A stretch of DNA of 64,000 nucleotides from assembly GCA_965224025.1 (NCBI GenBank), contig OZ245033.1:640001-704000 (forward strand), written 5' to 3'. Origin of the DNA: Candidatus Multivorans sp. Lineage in GTDB: Bacteria > Acidobacteriota > Thermoanaerobaculia > Multivoradales > Multivoraceae. The notes beneath the pieces are model-generated. The model saw nothing but the letters and a program-made list of their open reading frames with translations, did not search any database and was not told the origin of the DNA. Positions 1 through 8,269 of this stretch are shown here, in pieces. Each line of letters begins with the position of its first letter. Within the stretch, counting starts at the first letter, position 1. Position numbers and translations under genes: made by a program.

Positions 1-837
1 GTCGTCGTTTGACGACACTGCGTCACCGGATTGTTCGGCCCCAGGGCCCTCGGATGCGGGCAGGATGCCCGCGTTCCCAGGGTCCTCCGCCTTGCGCACC
101 TGCTCCATGTACGCCTGAGCGCCGATCAGGGCGCTTCGCAGCATCGCCACGCCCTTGGAAGACGTCCCCGGCGACTGGAAGTTGGAGGACACCGCGTTGC
201 CGAGCGTGGAAGCGAGCATGCGCGCGGGCACGAGGGTCGCTTCATCTACGTTCCGGCCGCGGGTCTTGGCGATCATCGTCTGGCCGCTGACGAGAGCCCC
301 GGGGCCGTGGCCGGTGTGCAGCGTCGTGACGCCGTAGGAGCGCACCCACTCGACCAGGGTTTCGTTTGCGTCATAGGCGTCGATCGCGCGCAGGTCGGGC
401 TGGATCGGCGACGACCGTTCGAGCTGGTCCTGGTCGCGGACCGGGCCGACGTTGCTGTTCAGCGCCCCGGAGAGGCCGACCACCGAGTGTGGGTCGACCA
501 GGCCGGGGGTGACGACGGCGGCTTCCAGAACGTCGACGCCGTCGGGGATGTTCGCGTCGGCGGCCGGGCCGACCCATTCGATCTTGCCGTCCGCGCCGGC
601 GATGACGACGGCGTTTTCAATCGGCGGTCCGGACACGGTGTGCAGGATGCCCGCCCGAACCGCAACCTGAGCGGCAGCGGTGCTGCCGGCCAGAATCGTC
701 AGGGCGGCAGTCGCCAGGAGCGTTCGCGGCGTGTTCGCTGCGCTGTTGCGCAGGGAACGCCGGGCATGCGGATGCGGGCAGGATGCCCGCGTTCCCAGGG
801 GGCGGAACTTGTTCCAGGCAAGCGCTGTGCGCTTCAT
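1..837 (-). CDS. Amidohydrolase family protein, 5' part (runs off the window start)
   Basis: Not in the ORF track because it has no stop in the window. Manual translation from ATG 837 gives ...AQVAVRAGILHTVSGPPIENAVV...VTPGLVDPHSVVGLSG...YGVTTLHTGHG. ATGA overlap with the stop of the upstream paralog. Confidence 0.85.
   Translation of the reverse strand, partial: MKRTALAWNKFRPLGTRASCPHPHARRSLRNSAANTPRTLLATAALTILAGSTAAAQVAVRAGILHTVSGPPIENAVVIAGADGKIEWVGPAADANIPDGVDVLEAAVVTPGLVDPHSVVGLSGALNSNVGPVRDQDQLERSSPIQPDLRAIDAYDANETLVEWVRSYGVTTLHTGHGPGALVSGQTMIAKTRGRNVDEATLVPARMLASTLGNAVSSNFQSPGTSSKGVAMLRSALIGAQAYMEQVRKAEDPGNAGILPASEGPGAEQSGDAVSSNDD
51..82. repeat. REP-like palindrome, family R1 (GCGGGC-AGGAT-GCCCGC core), inside a CDS
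   Basis: cggatgcgggcaggatgcccgcgttcccaggg, identical to 769-800. Confidence 0.85.
751..800. repeat. REP-like palindrome, family R1, with an extended inverted arm, inside a CDS N-terminus
   Basis: 769-800 is identical to 51-82. 751-767 (cagggaacgccgggcat) is an imperfect inverted copy. Confidence 0.85.
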
Positions 838-2186
838 CGTGTCTCTCCCCCGAGCAACTGCCGGGTCATCTCTTCTTCCTCTGCCGTGGTCCGGTAGACC
901 TTGTAGCCGCCGACCGCGTACTTGCGGTGGTCCGGGTTCGAGCGGTCGTAGATCATCGTTCCCTCGACCCAGGTCTGCTCGACCTTCGAGTAGACGCTGA
1001 GCGGGTCACCGGAGAGGACGATGAAGTCCGCGTCCTTGCCGATTTCGAGCGAGCCGATCCGGTCCTCCAGGCCGAGCATCCGCGCCGGGGCCAGGGTCAG
1101 GCCCTCGATTGCCTTCTCGCGCGACATGCCGTAGCGGACGGCGATCGCGGCGGCCCGGAACAGGAGCCGGGAGTCGGTCACGGAGTCGTCCGTGTTGAAG
1201 GCGACGTCGACTCCGGCCTGTTCGAGCAGGGCGCCCATCTCCATGTTCCAGTCGATCACCTCTTCCTTGCCGCCCGGAGAGTCGATCCAGGTGATCGAAA
1301 CCGGCACGCCGGCCGCCGCGAGTTCCTCGGCGACTTTCCACGACTCCGTGCCGTGCTGCACGACGACCCGGAACCCGAACTCCTCCTTGAGCCGCAAGAC
1401 GGTGGCGATGTCGTTGTGGCGGTGGGTGTGGTGCTGGACGATCCGGTCGCCCGCCAGCACCTGGGCCAGCGCCTCCATGCGCAGGTCGCGCCTGGCCGGC
1501 TCGCTGCCCTCTTCGTCCTCTTCTTCGCTCGCTTCCGCCTCGGCCATCTTCTCCCGGTACTCGACCGCCTCGTGGTAGAGGTTGCGCACCAGAGCCGCCG
1601 ACTTGGAGCGCGTGCCCGGGAAGGGCGGCGAGCCGATCGAGTTCGTGCCGTTCGCCATCTTCATGCCGCCGCAGATGCCGTTGATCGGGTCGTCGCAGTA
1701 GAGCCAGTCCTCGATCGTGCGGGCGCCGTCGCGGAGCTTGACGTAGGCGGTCTGCCCGGACATCAGGTGCCCTGAGCCCGACATGATGTTCAGCGTCGTG
1801 ATGCCGCCGGATCGGGCGCGCCAGATGCTGTCCGCGGCGACGTCGATCGAGTCGAGGTTCCTCACGTCCGGGTGGAGCGGCGCGGATCGGTCGCCCCCGG
1901 ATACCGAGCCGACGTGAGAGTGGGTGTCGACGAGGCCCGGCATGAGGACCTTGCCCGAAACGTCGTGCTCGACCGCCCCGCGCGGCGTGCGGGTGTCGGG
2001 GCCGCCGACGTCGACGATCTTGCCGCCCTGGACCACCAGGACGCCGCCGTCGATCGGCGGACCGGCGATGGGCAGCAGCCGGGCGCCGCGGAGTACGTGG
2101 GGGTCCTCCTGGGCGGTTGCGGGTATCGCGGCACCGAGTGCCGATAGCGCAACGCCGAACAGGAACGTGGCGGGGTGTCTTCTCAT
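834..2186 (-). CDS. Secreted amidohydrolase (imidazolonepropionase-like superfamily)
   Basis: Signal peptide MRRHPATF...ATAQ; PGLVDTHSH metal motif; QHHTH, QHG, FNTDD; IGSLEIGKDADF C-terminal motif. Confidence 0.9.
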   Translation of the reverse strand: MRRHPATFLFGVALSALGAAIPATAQEDPHVLRGARLLPIAGPPIDGGVLVVQGGKIVDVGGPDTRTPRGAVEHDVSGKVLMPGLVDTHSHVGSVSGGDRSAPLHPDVRNLDSIDVAADSIWRARSGGITTLNIMSGSGHLMSGQTAYVKLRDGARTIEDWLYCDDPINGICGGMKMANGTNSIGSPPFPGTRSKSAALVRNLYHEAVEYREKMAEAEASEEEDEEGSEPARRDLRMEALAQVLAGDRIVQHHTHRHNDIATVLRLKEEFGFRVVVQHGTESWKVAEELAAAGVPVSITWIDSPGGKEEVIDWNMEMGALLEQAGVDVAFNTDDSVTDSRLLFRAAAIAVRYGMSREKAIEGLTLAPARMLGLEDRIGSLEIGKDADFIVLSGDPLSVYSKVEQTWVEGTMIYDRSNPDHRKYAVGGYKVYRTTAEEEEMTRQLLGGETR

Positions 2187-2318
2187 ACGGGTTCCTCGAG
2201 TGGGTGGGACTGGCGTTTGCGAGTCCGAGCCTTTAGCGGCACAGACTGGGCGCGGCACCCTCGCCGGCTGCCGCCGCGGGCGGCCAGGTAGACGCGCCGC
2301 GGAGCGGCGACGATACCG

Positions 2319-3539
2319 CTAGCGGCGGAAGGACGGATCAAGGTCGATACGGTACACCGCCTCGCGCGGGCGGTCGCCGTTCCGGCTGCCGCCCCAGAGG
2401 ACGTGGACGGCGATCTGATCGCCGCGTGGGCTCCACGCCAGGTCGCCGACGTAGGTGTGGCCGAGGCTGTACTCGGATGCCGGGTCGTTGAAGAAGGTGA
2501 GCCGGCGCTTGTTCGAACCGTCCGCGTCCATCAGCCACAGTTCACGGCGGGCGGCAGGCGGCACGATCTGATCGGGCTCCGTGCCGCGGATCTCCGCGTT
2601 CGAGGTGAAGGCCAGGTGGCGGCCGGTCGGCGACAGGCGGGCGTACTCGTCGGCGCCGCCTCGTGAATGAGTGAGACGTTCGGGCTCGCCGCCGTCGAAA
2701 CGCAGCCGGTAGAGGTCGAGGGTGTCGGGCGACTGCCCGGGTTCGAGGTTCGCCGCGACCAGGGCCCCGCGGTCGTCGGGTGTGTAGCCCTGGGGAACGA
2801 TCAGCGCGTCGGCGGACACCGGGTGCGACTGGATCCGGCGCAGTTTGGGGATGCCGCTCCGGTTGATCTGGTACTGGGCGCTGCGCAATTGCCAGGCGCC
2901 GTAGCGGCCCTTGCGCGCCTTCATCCGCTCGCTCCAGAGCAGCCGGCCGCTGTCGAACGCGAAGTGGGGGTCGAGCACCGCCGAACCGCTCGCCGCGAAC
3001 CGGGTGAGCAGGGTGAAGTGCTTGCCCTTGCGATCGATGTCGTAGAGCTCGCTGTGGACGCTCCGGTCGGGGGTCAGGAGCTGCAACGGATCGGCCACGA
3101 ACTTGAGCCGCTTGGGGCGGCTCTGCACCTGGACGACCAGCCGCTCGCCCGAGGTGTGCCACACCGGGTTCATCGCGTTGTCCTTGCGCAGCGCGTACAT
3201 GTCGCAGGTCAGGCAGCGCTCGGAGAGGCGGTCCGTGGACGTGACGTAGACGTCGTAGCGGCCGTCTTCTCCGGCCTTGTCGTAGGCCAGCCACTCGCCC
3301 TGGCGCGACCAGTCGACACGGGCGCCGCCGTCGATCCAGCGCTCGATGCGAATTACCTCCGGGGCTTCCGGGTCCGCTGCTCTCGCCGGCGCCGCGGCGC
3401 CGGCGAGAGCAGCCGCCAGAGCAAGCTTGACGGCGATGACGAGCAGGGTGACGAGGCCGCCCAGGACGCCCGCGTCGCCGATCGCCAGAGATGAACTCCA
3501 AGCCTTCGGAGGACGCTCGCGAACGGATGCTCTGACCAT
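2319..3539 (-). CDS. TolB-like / PD40 beta-propeller protein, probably exported (start uncertain)
   Basis: Repeats VDWSRQGEWLAY, NPVWHTSGERLV, ARLSPTGRHLAF, LWLMDADGSNKRRLT, LAWSPRGDQIA; hydrophobic signal ending PARA. Confidence 0.75.
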   Translation of the reverse strand: MVRASVRERPPKAWSSSLAIGDAGVLGGLVTLLVIAVKLALAAALAGAAAPARAADPEAPEVIRIERWIDGGARVDWSRQGEWLAYDKAGEDGRYDVYVTSTDRLSERCLTCDMYALRKDNAMNPVWHTSGERLVVQVQSRPKRLKFVADPLQLLTPDRSVHSELYDIDRKGKHFTLLTRFAASGSAVLDPHFAFDSGRLLWSERMKARKGRYGAWQLRSAQYQINRSGIPKLRRIQSHPVSADALIVPQGYTPDDRGALVAANLEPGQSPDTLDLYRLRFDGGEPERLTHSRGGADEYARLSPTGRHLAFTSNAEIRGTEPDQIVPPAARRELWLMDADGSNKRRLTFFNDPASEYSLGHTYVGDLAWSPRGDQIAVHVLWGGSRNGDRPREAVYRIDLDPSFRR

Positions 3540-3665
3540 CGGAGGCAGACTACCAGCGGGTGGCGCGGTCGCCCCGGTGGTACGGGAAGAACGCACCGTA
3601 GTCCGAAGCTCGAGGCGCCGCCCGCGCGGGGCGCGCCGTGGCGCGCTGCTAGCGTCTTCCGCATC

Positions 3666-4793
3666 ATGGGCAACGATGCCGGGTCCCGGCCGCGAGCCGG
3701 CTTCGCCGTTCCGATCCTCCTCGCCCTCTGGATCGTCGGTTCGGCGCCCTTCCTGGGCCGTTTGACCCGATGGATTCAGGAGGAGGTCGATCGTTCGCTC
3801 CTGGTCATCGTGCCGGCAATCCTGTTCTGGATCGCGGCGGCGGCCTTCGTCGTCTGGGTGGTTCGTTCCAGAAGCTGGCTGCGGTGGACGAACTACGGCG
3901 CGCTCGCCGTCGGGGCGGTCTGGGCCGCGGTGCAGGCGACGGCGATGGCCCGGGGGCGCCCCGAGGAGTCGGCGCTCGAACGGATGCACCTCGTGCTGTA
4001 CGGGCTCGTCGCCTTGCTGCTCTACCGCGCCTTCCTCCGCGGCGGCCGGTCCGCCATCGCTGCGGCGTTCTCGACTGCCGTTCTGACCTCGCTGGTCGGC
4101 GTCGCGGACGAGTTCGTGCAGTGGCTCGTCTGGGTCCGCGTAGGCGACTTCCATGACTGTCTGCTCAACGCCTCGGCCGCCGGCTGCGGCGTCGTGTTCG
4201 GCACCGGCCTGTTCGGGTTCGACACCCGGCCGCCTGCGCTCGCGGAACGGCGGACCATCGCCGCACTGTGGGTTGTCCTCGTCGCTGCGTCAGTGGGCCT
4301 CGTCGACCTGACGAACCTCGGCCACCTCATCTCCGACCCGGAACTCGGGCGCTTCCGCAGCTACTACGGCGCTGAGCGGCTCGAACGCCTGAACGAGAAT
4401 CGCCGCGCCCGCTGGGCCACGGAACCGCCGCGCATGCCGCCCTTTCAGCCCTGGCACATTGAGGACCACTTCCTGTCGGAAGCCGCGTGGCACGTCCAGG
4501 CCCGAAACGAGGCCTTCGACGCCGAAGACTGGCCCACCGCCGCCGCCGAAGAGGCGATCCTCAACCGGTACTACCCGGCCGTGCTGGAACTCCGCACGCC
4601 CGACGGTCCCGCGCGCTATGCGTACTCGGAGGCGAGCTTGCTGCGGTTGGAGCAGGAGGGCGTGGCCCCGGTTCCGAGCTACGTCAGCGCTGCCAGCGGC
4701 AGCCGGATCTGGATCTGGCCACGCTTCGTCGTCTTGGGTCTGGTCGTGCTAGCGGTCGGCCTCGGTTCGCTGGTTCTTGGACGCTGGGACTGA
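3666..4793 (+). CDS. VanZ-like multi-pass membrane protein with an extracytoplasmic C-terminal domain
   Basis: ERMHLVLYG...GVADEFVQW...RVGDFHDCLLN VanZ signature; multiple TM segments. Confidence 0.7.
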   Translation: MGNDAGSRPRAGFAVPILLALWIVGSAPFLGRLTRWIQEEVDRSLLVIVPAILFWIAAAAFVVWVVRSRSWLRWTNYGALAVGAVWAAVQATAMARGRPEESALERMHLVLYGLVALLLYRAFLRGGRSAIAAAFSTAVLTSLVGVADEFVQWLVWVRVGDFHDCLLNASAAGCGVVFGTGLFGFDTRPPALAERRTIAALWVVLVAASVGLVDLTNLGHLISDPELGRFRSYYGAERLERLNENRRARWATEPPRMPPFQPWHIEDHFLSEAAWHVQARNEAFDAEDWPTAAAEEAILNRYYPAVLELRTPDGPARYAYSEASLLRLEQEGVAPVPSYVSAASGSRIWIWPRFVVLGLVVLAVGLGSLVLGRWD

Positions 4794-4840
4794 TTGGGAT
4801 GACTCTCTCTCTCTCTCCGCGCTTGTCGGGTCTGCTAAGG

Positions 4841-5398
4841 TGGAATTGCCCCGTTTCCGTGGACAGTTTGTGTCTAGGGAATCAGGCAGTCTCTTGGTAC
4901 GCGCGTTCTCGAAGTTGACGGGAGACCGGTGTCCGATGGCGGAGTGTCTCCGTATCGGGTTGTACCAGCCCTCGATGTAGCGGAAGATCTCCGCTTGGGC
5001 TTCGGCGTGGTTGCAGAAGGCGGTGCGGTCGATCAGCTCGCATTCGAGGCTGGCGATCCTTCCGGCCCGTGTCCCGAGCGAACCAGGCCGTGGCTCTTGC
5101 CAGGATCTTCCGCTCCTCGCGCAGCCGGCGAACCTCGCGCCGCAGCCGGCGCAACTCCTCACGCTCCGCCGTCGTGCTGCCGTCACTCCGGCGCCCGTCA
5201 TCACGGTCCGCCCGTGCAACTCAGTTGCGGACCGACTGCGCTGAAGGCTCGAACTCGCGGGCTACGTGGTCCGGGCTACGCCCGGACCAGATCCACAGCC
5301 TGCTGTCGGTACTCTGCCGGGTACCGGCTCCTTCTTCTCGACGTCGTGGACATCGCCTCCTCCAAGGATGAAGTGTCCACGAAACCGGGGCAGGCTCA
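4841..5398 (-). mobile_element. Internally deleted IS3-family element (orfA with an in-frame TGA, plus the orfB C-terminal tip)
   Basis: TG...CA terminal inverted repeats tggaattgccccgtttccgtggaca / tgtccacgaaaccggggcaggctca. orfA from ATG 5353 (RYPAEYRQQAVDLV...EELRRLRREVRRLREERKIL). orfB end LECELI...IFRYIEGWYNPIRRHSAIG. Confidence 0.9.
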
Positions 5399-5443
5399 CG
5401 GCTGAAGGTCAAGGGAGAGTCTCAACGAACTAGGGGAAAGTAG

Positions 5444-6582
5444 ATGAAACAGTGGACACTCAGAATACTCACGCGACGACCAGTTGGGCCGCCAATCCAA
5501 GTTGTGGTTAGCTTGGTCTTCCTTTTCTCGCTGACCGTGGTGATCCAGGCGGCCGCGCAGCCCGCGAGAGTGGGCGACCGGGATGCTCCGATCTGGATTG
5601 CGGCATCGGGTGTCCTATACCGGGATGGCTCCTTCAGGGACTCTTGGAGCCTGAGCGGGGAGATTCGGGAGCAAGTGCGGAAACAGTCCGAGGCCTTTGC
5701 TGTTGCCTACCCGCTTGGAGTCCAAGCAGAGGAGGAGTTGGAGGATGGGGCGAGGCCGCCGCGGGAACTCTGCGCCGGCGTGCCTCCCCTCGATCCCGAT
5801 AGCCCGCGAGCACGCGCCAAGTTGTTTGCCGACGAGCGGTTCTACGACTTCGACTTGACGGTGCTGACATCGAAGGTAGCGGTTGTGGCCACGGTGTCGG
5901 ATCTGATCCCCGGTTTTCTGGCCAACGGTGATCCCGGTCTGCTCTTGGAGTTGTCCGAAGTGGTGCCACTGCATGTTCGTTCCGAGCTACCGTCCTACAC
6001 GCTGATTCCAACCGATCAGGTGATGATTCGAGGCCGGGCGTTCTGCGCGGACGAACTGCGGGCAGAGTATTCTTACGAGCGGCCGGAGGTCGGCGATCGT
6101 GTTGTCTTGATCGGTTCGTTGTGGGCTAGGGAGAACGTCGTCAGGGCGTGGTTCTACTATGAAGGACGTTTTGCGGTGGCAAGAGGGGAGAAGCACAACG
6201 AGCCGGCTCTGGACTGGGCCACCGGCTACGAGCCCTACGTTGCGGGGGTCTCGATCTCTCGCTTGTCCCGCACGTCCCGGACCAGACGTTGTCGGGTTTG
6301 CACGACTACTTCGACCACTTGCAGGCGAGCGGGCTGTTCGAGTGGGTAGAGCATGTGCTTCCCGATCCGCATGTCGACTCGGAGTCTCGCGAGCGGCTCT
6401 TTCGGGCATGGAAGGTCAGTCGGGAAGCGGGGTGCAGGCCACTGGCGGCGCGCGAGGAGACACCCGGTAGCTGGCGGCTTGTTCGGTTCGAGTGTGGCCC
6501 GTTGGCTGTCACGCAACTCCAGACCTTTCGTTCCGTTACGCAGGAATTCGCGGCGCTTCGTGGTGAAGGAGAGGCGCAATGA
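5444..6582 (+). pseudogene. Hypothetical exported protein, probably frameshifted near the G-run at 6244-6248
   Basis: N-terminal hydrophobic segment and lower GC. The frame of 5444 degrades into Arg/Ser/Thr text after about 6245, while the -1 frame continues as a plausible protein to TGA 6582, which overlaps ATG 6579. Confidence 0.45.
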
Positions 6583-6791
6583 GGTCACTGACCATCACGA
6601 TATGTTGCCTCTTGATTCCTAATATCAATCCGCCCGGTCCTGGTGGTGGTGGCCCGAAGCCCGGGCCGCCTCCGCATGTGACGCGGCAGCCGCCTGGCGG
6701 CGGCGGCGTTCCGAAGGTTTGCACGGTAGAAAGGGTTTGTGTGGACGATGGATTCGACGAGGTTTGCACGGACACTCTAACCTGTGAGTAG
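6579..6791 (+). CDS. Small Pro/Gly-rich peptide with a Cys-rich C-terminus
   Basis: GAAGGAG RBS and ATGA coupling; MRSLTITICCLL...VCTVERVCVDDGFDEVCTDTLTCE. Confidence 0.5.
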   Translation: MRSLTITICCLLIPNINPPGPGGGGPKPGPPPHVTRQPPGGGGVPKVCTVERVCVDDGFDEVCTDTLTCE

Positions 6792-6812
6792 CGGCAACCT
6801 GTGAGTAGCGGC
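6779..6812. repeat. Perfect 17-bp tandem duplication
   Basis: aacctgtgagtagcggc x2, spanning the stop codon of 6579-6791. Confidence 0.95.
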
Positions 6813-7011
6813 GCGCCTGCCGCACTCGGGTTGGGGATCTCAACGGTCGCGATCTCGGCATCGGGCCAGACCACCAAGGTGGGCGATCGGGTCGCTCCGG
6901 TCTGGGCCGCGGCGTCGCGAGGGTTGTTGGAAGCGCGGTTCGGCTTGTCGAGAGCTGTCGGCACGGCACGCGCGGACTGCGTGCAGCCCTCTCGCGGGTG
7001 ACGCCGCAGCT

Positions 7012-8121
7012 TCAGGAGCAGCCCTCGCGCGTTTCATCGATCAGGCCGTCGACGACCGCGTTCAGGTCGGCCTCTTCGGCCCGTCTCAACTGGCGGTCGG
7101 CGCTCGTGCCCTCGGCGAGGATGGTGTGGACGTACTCGGCTTCCTTGCGGATGCCGAGTTCGTCCAGTACGTCGTCGACGAACTCCATCAACTCCCGGAT
7201 CAGGAACCGTAGCGGCACCTCCTCGGCCTTGCCGAAGTCGATCATCTTGCCGTCGATGCCGTATCTCATCGCGCGCCACTTGTTCTCGTAGAGCAGGTGA
7301 CGGGGGTAGCGCCTCCAGGCCTGGTTGTTGCGGCGCAGGCGGATCAACTTGCCGACGATCGCCATGAACAGGGCCGTCAGGCACAGCGCCTCCTCGATCT
7401 TCGTGCAGACGTCGCAGACCCGGAACTCGATGGTCGGGAACTTGGGATGGGGCCGGACGTCCCACCAGATCTGGGTGGGTTCCTCGATGCATCTGGTCTG
7501 AACGAGCACGTTCACGAGCCGCTCGTACTCGGCGTAGGACCGGAGCGAGGGCGGCAGACCGGAGCGGGGGAGACTCTCGAAGACCACCGAGCGGTAGGAC
7601 TTGAGTCCGGTCTTGCGCCCCTGCCAGAGGGGCGAACTCGTCGACAGGGCGAGCAGATGGGGCAGGAAGTAGAGCGACTGGTCCATCACGTCGATGCGCA
7701 GGTCCCTGTCCGGCACCCCGACGTGGACGTGCATGCCGAAGATCAGCATGCGCCGGGCGACGTCGCCGAAGTTCTCCTGCAGAGTGATGTAGCGCTGGGC
7801 ATCGGTGACGTCCTGCTCGCGCCAGGAGGAGAAGGGATGGGTGCTGGCGGCGGCGATTCGGAGGCCGTTGCGGGACGCCAGGTGGGAAATCGATCGCCGC
7901 AGGCGGATGAGTTCCTGGCGGGCCTCCCCGATCGTGCGGCAGACGTCGCTGCCCACTTCGACCTGGCACTGCAACTGCTCCGCCTTGATCTGCTCCTGGA
8001 GAACGATCTGACCCTGTTCGAGGAACTTCTGGATGAAGGGCTTCAGTTCCCGGCTCTCCGGGTCGATGATCTGGTACTCCTCCTCGATGCCGATCGTCAG
8101 CTCGGGAAGCTTCGTCTGCAT
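7012..8121 (-). CDS. ybdK: Carboxylate-amine ligase / glutamate-cysteine ligase 2 (YbdK, GCS2 family)
   Basis: TIGIEEEYQIID, IFGMHVHVG, WWDVRPHPKFPTIEFRVCD, ENKWRAMRYG. Confidence 0.92.
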   Translation of the reverse strand: MQTKLPELTIGIEEEYQIIDPESRELKPFIQKFLEQGQIVLQEQIKAEQLQCQVEVGSDVCRTIGEARQELIRLRRSISHLASRNGLRIAAASTHPFSSWREQDVTDAQRYITLQENFGDVARRMLIFGMHVHVGVPDRDLRIDVMDQSLYFLPHLLALSTSSPLWQGRKTGLKSYRSVVFESLPRSGLPPSLRSYAEYERLVNVLVQTRCIEEPTQIWWDVRPHPKFPTIEFRVCDVCTKIEEALCLTALFMAIVGKLIRLRRNNQAWRRYPRHLLYENKWRAMRYGIDGKMIDFGKAEEVPLRFLIRELMEFVDDVLDELGIRKEAEYVHTILAEGTSADRQLRRAEEADLNAVVDGLIDETREGCS

Positions 8122-8269
8122 GGTTCTTCTCCTCTACAGGGGAAGTTGTGCCTGGACTAGGAACGCTCGCAAGACTATCCGGCTGTGCTGGATGAGGGCC
8201 GGCGTTGCGGCCGCCCGAGCCGGTCTTTGCGGGAGCCCGCCTCCTCGCTCTGATACCGTCCCCGACTCA

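Noticed and set aside
4803-4817. (CT)n microsatellite as a phase-variation switch
   Set aside because: Short, downstream of a stop codon, and with no linked promoter or ORF evident.
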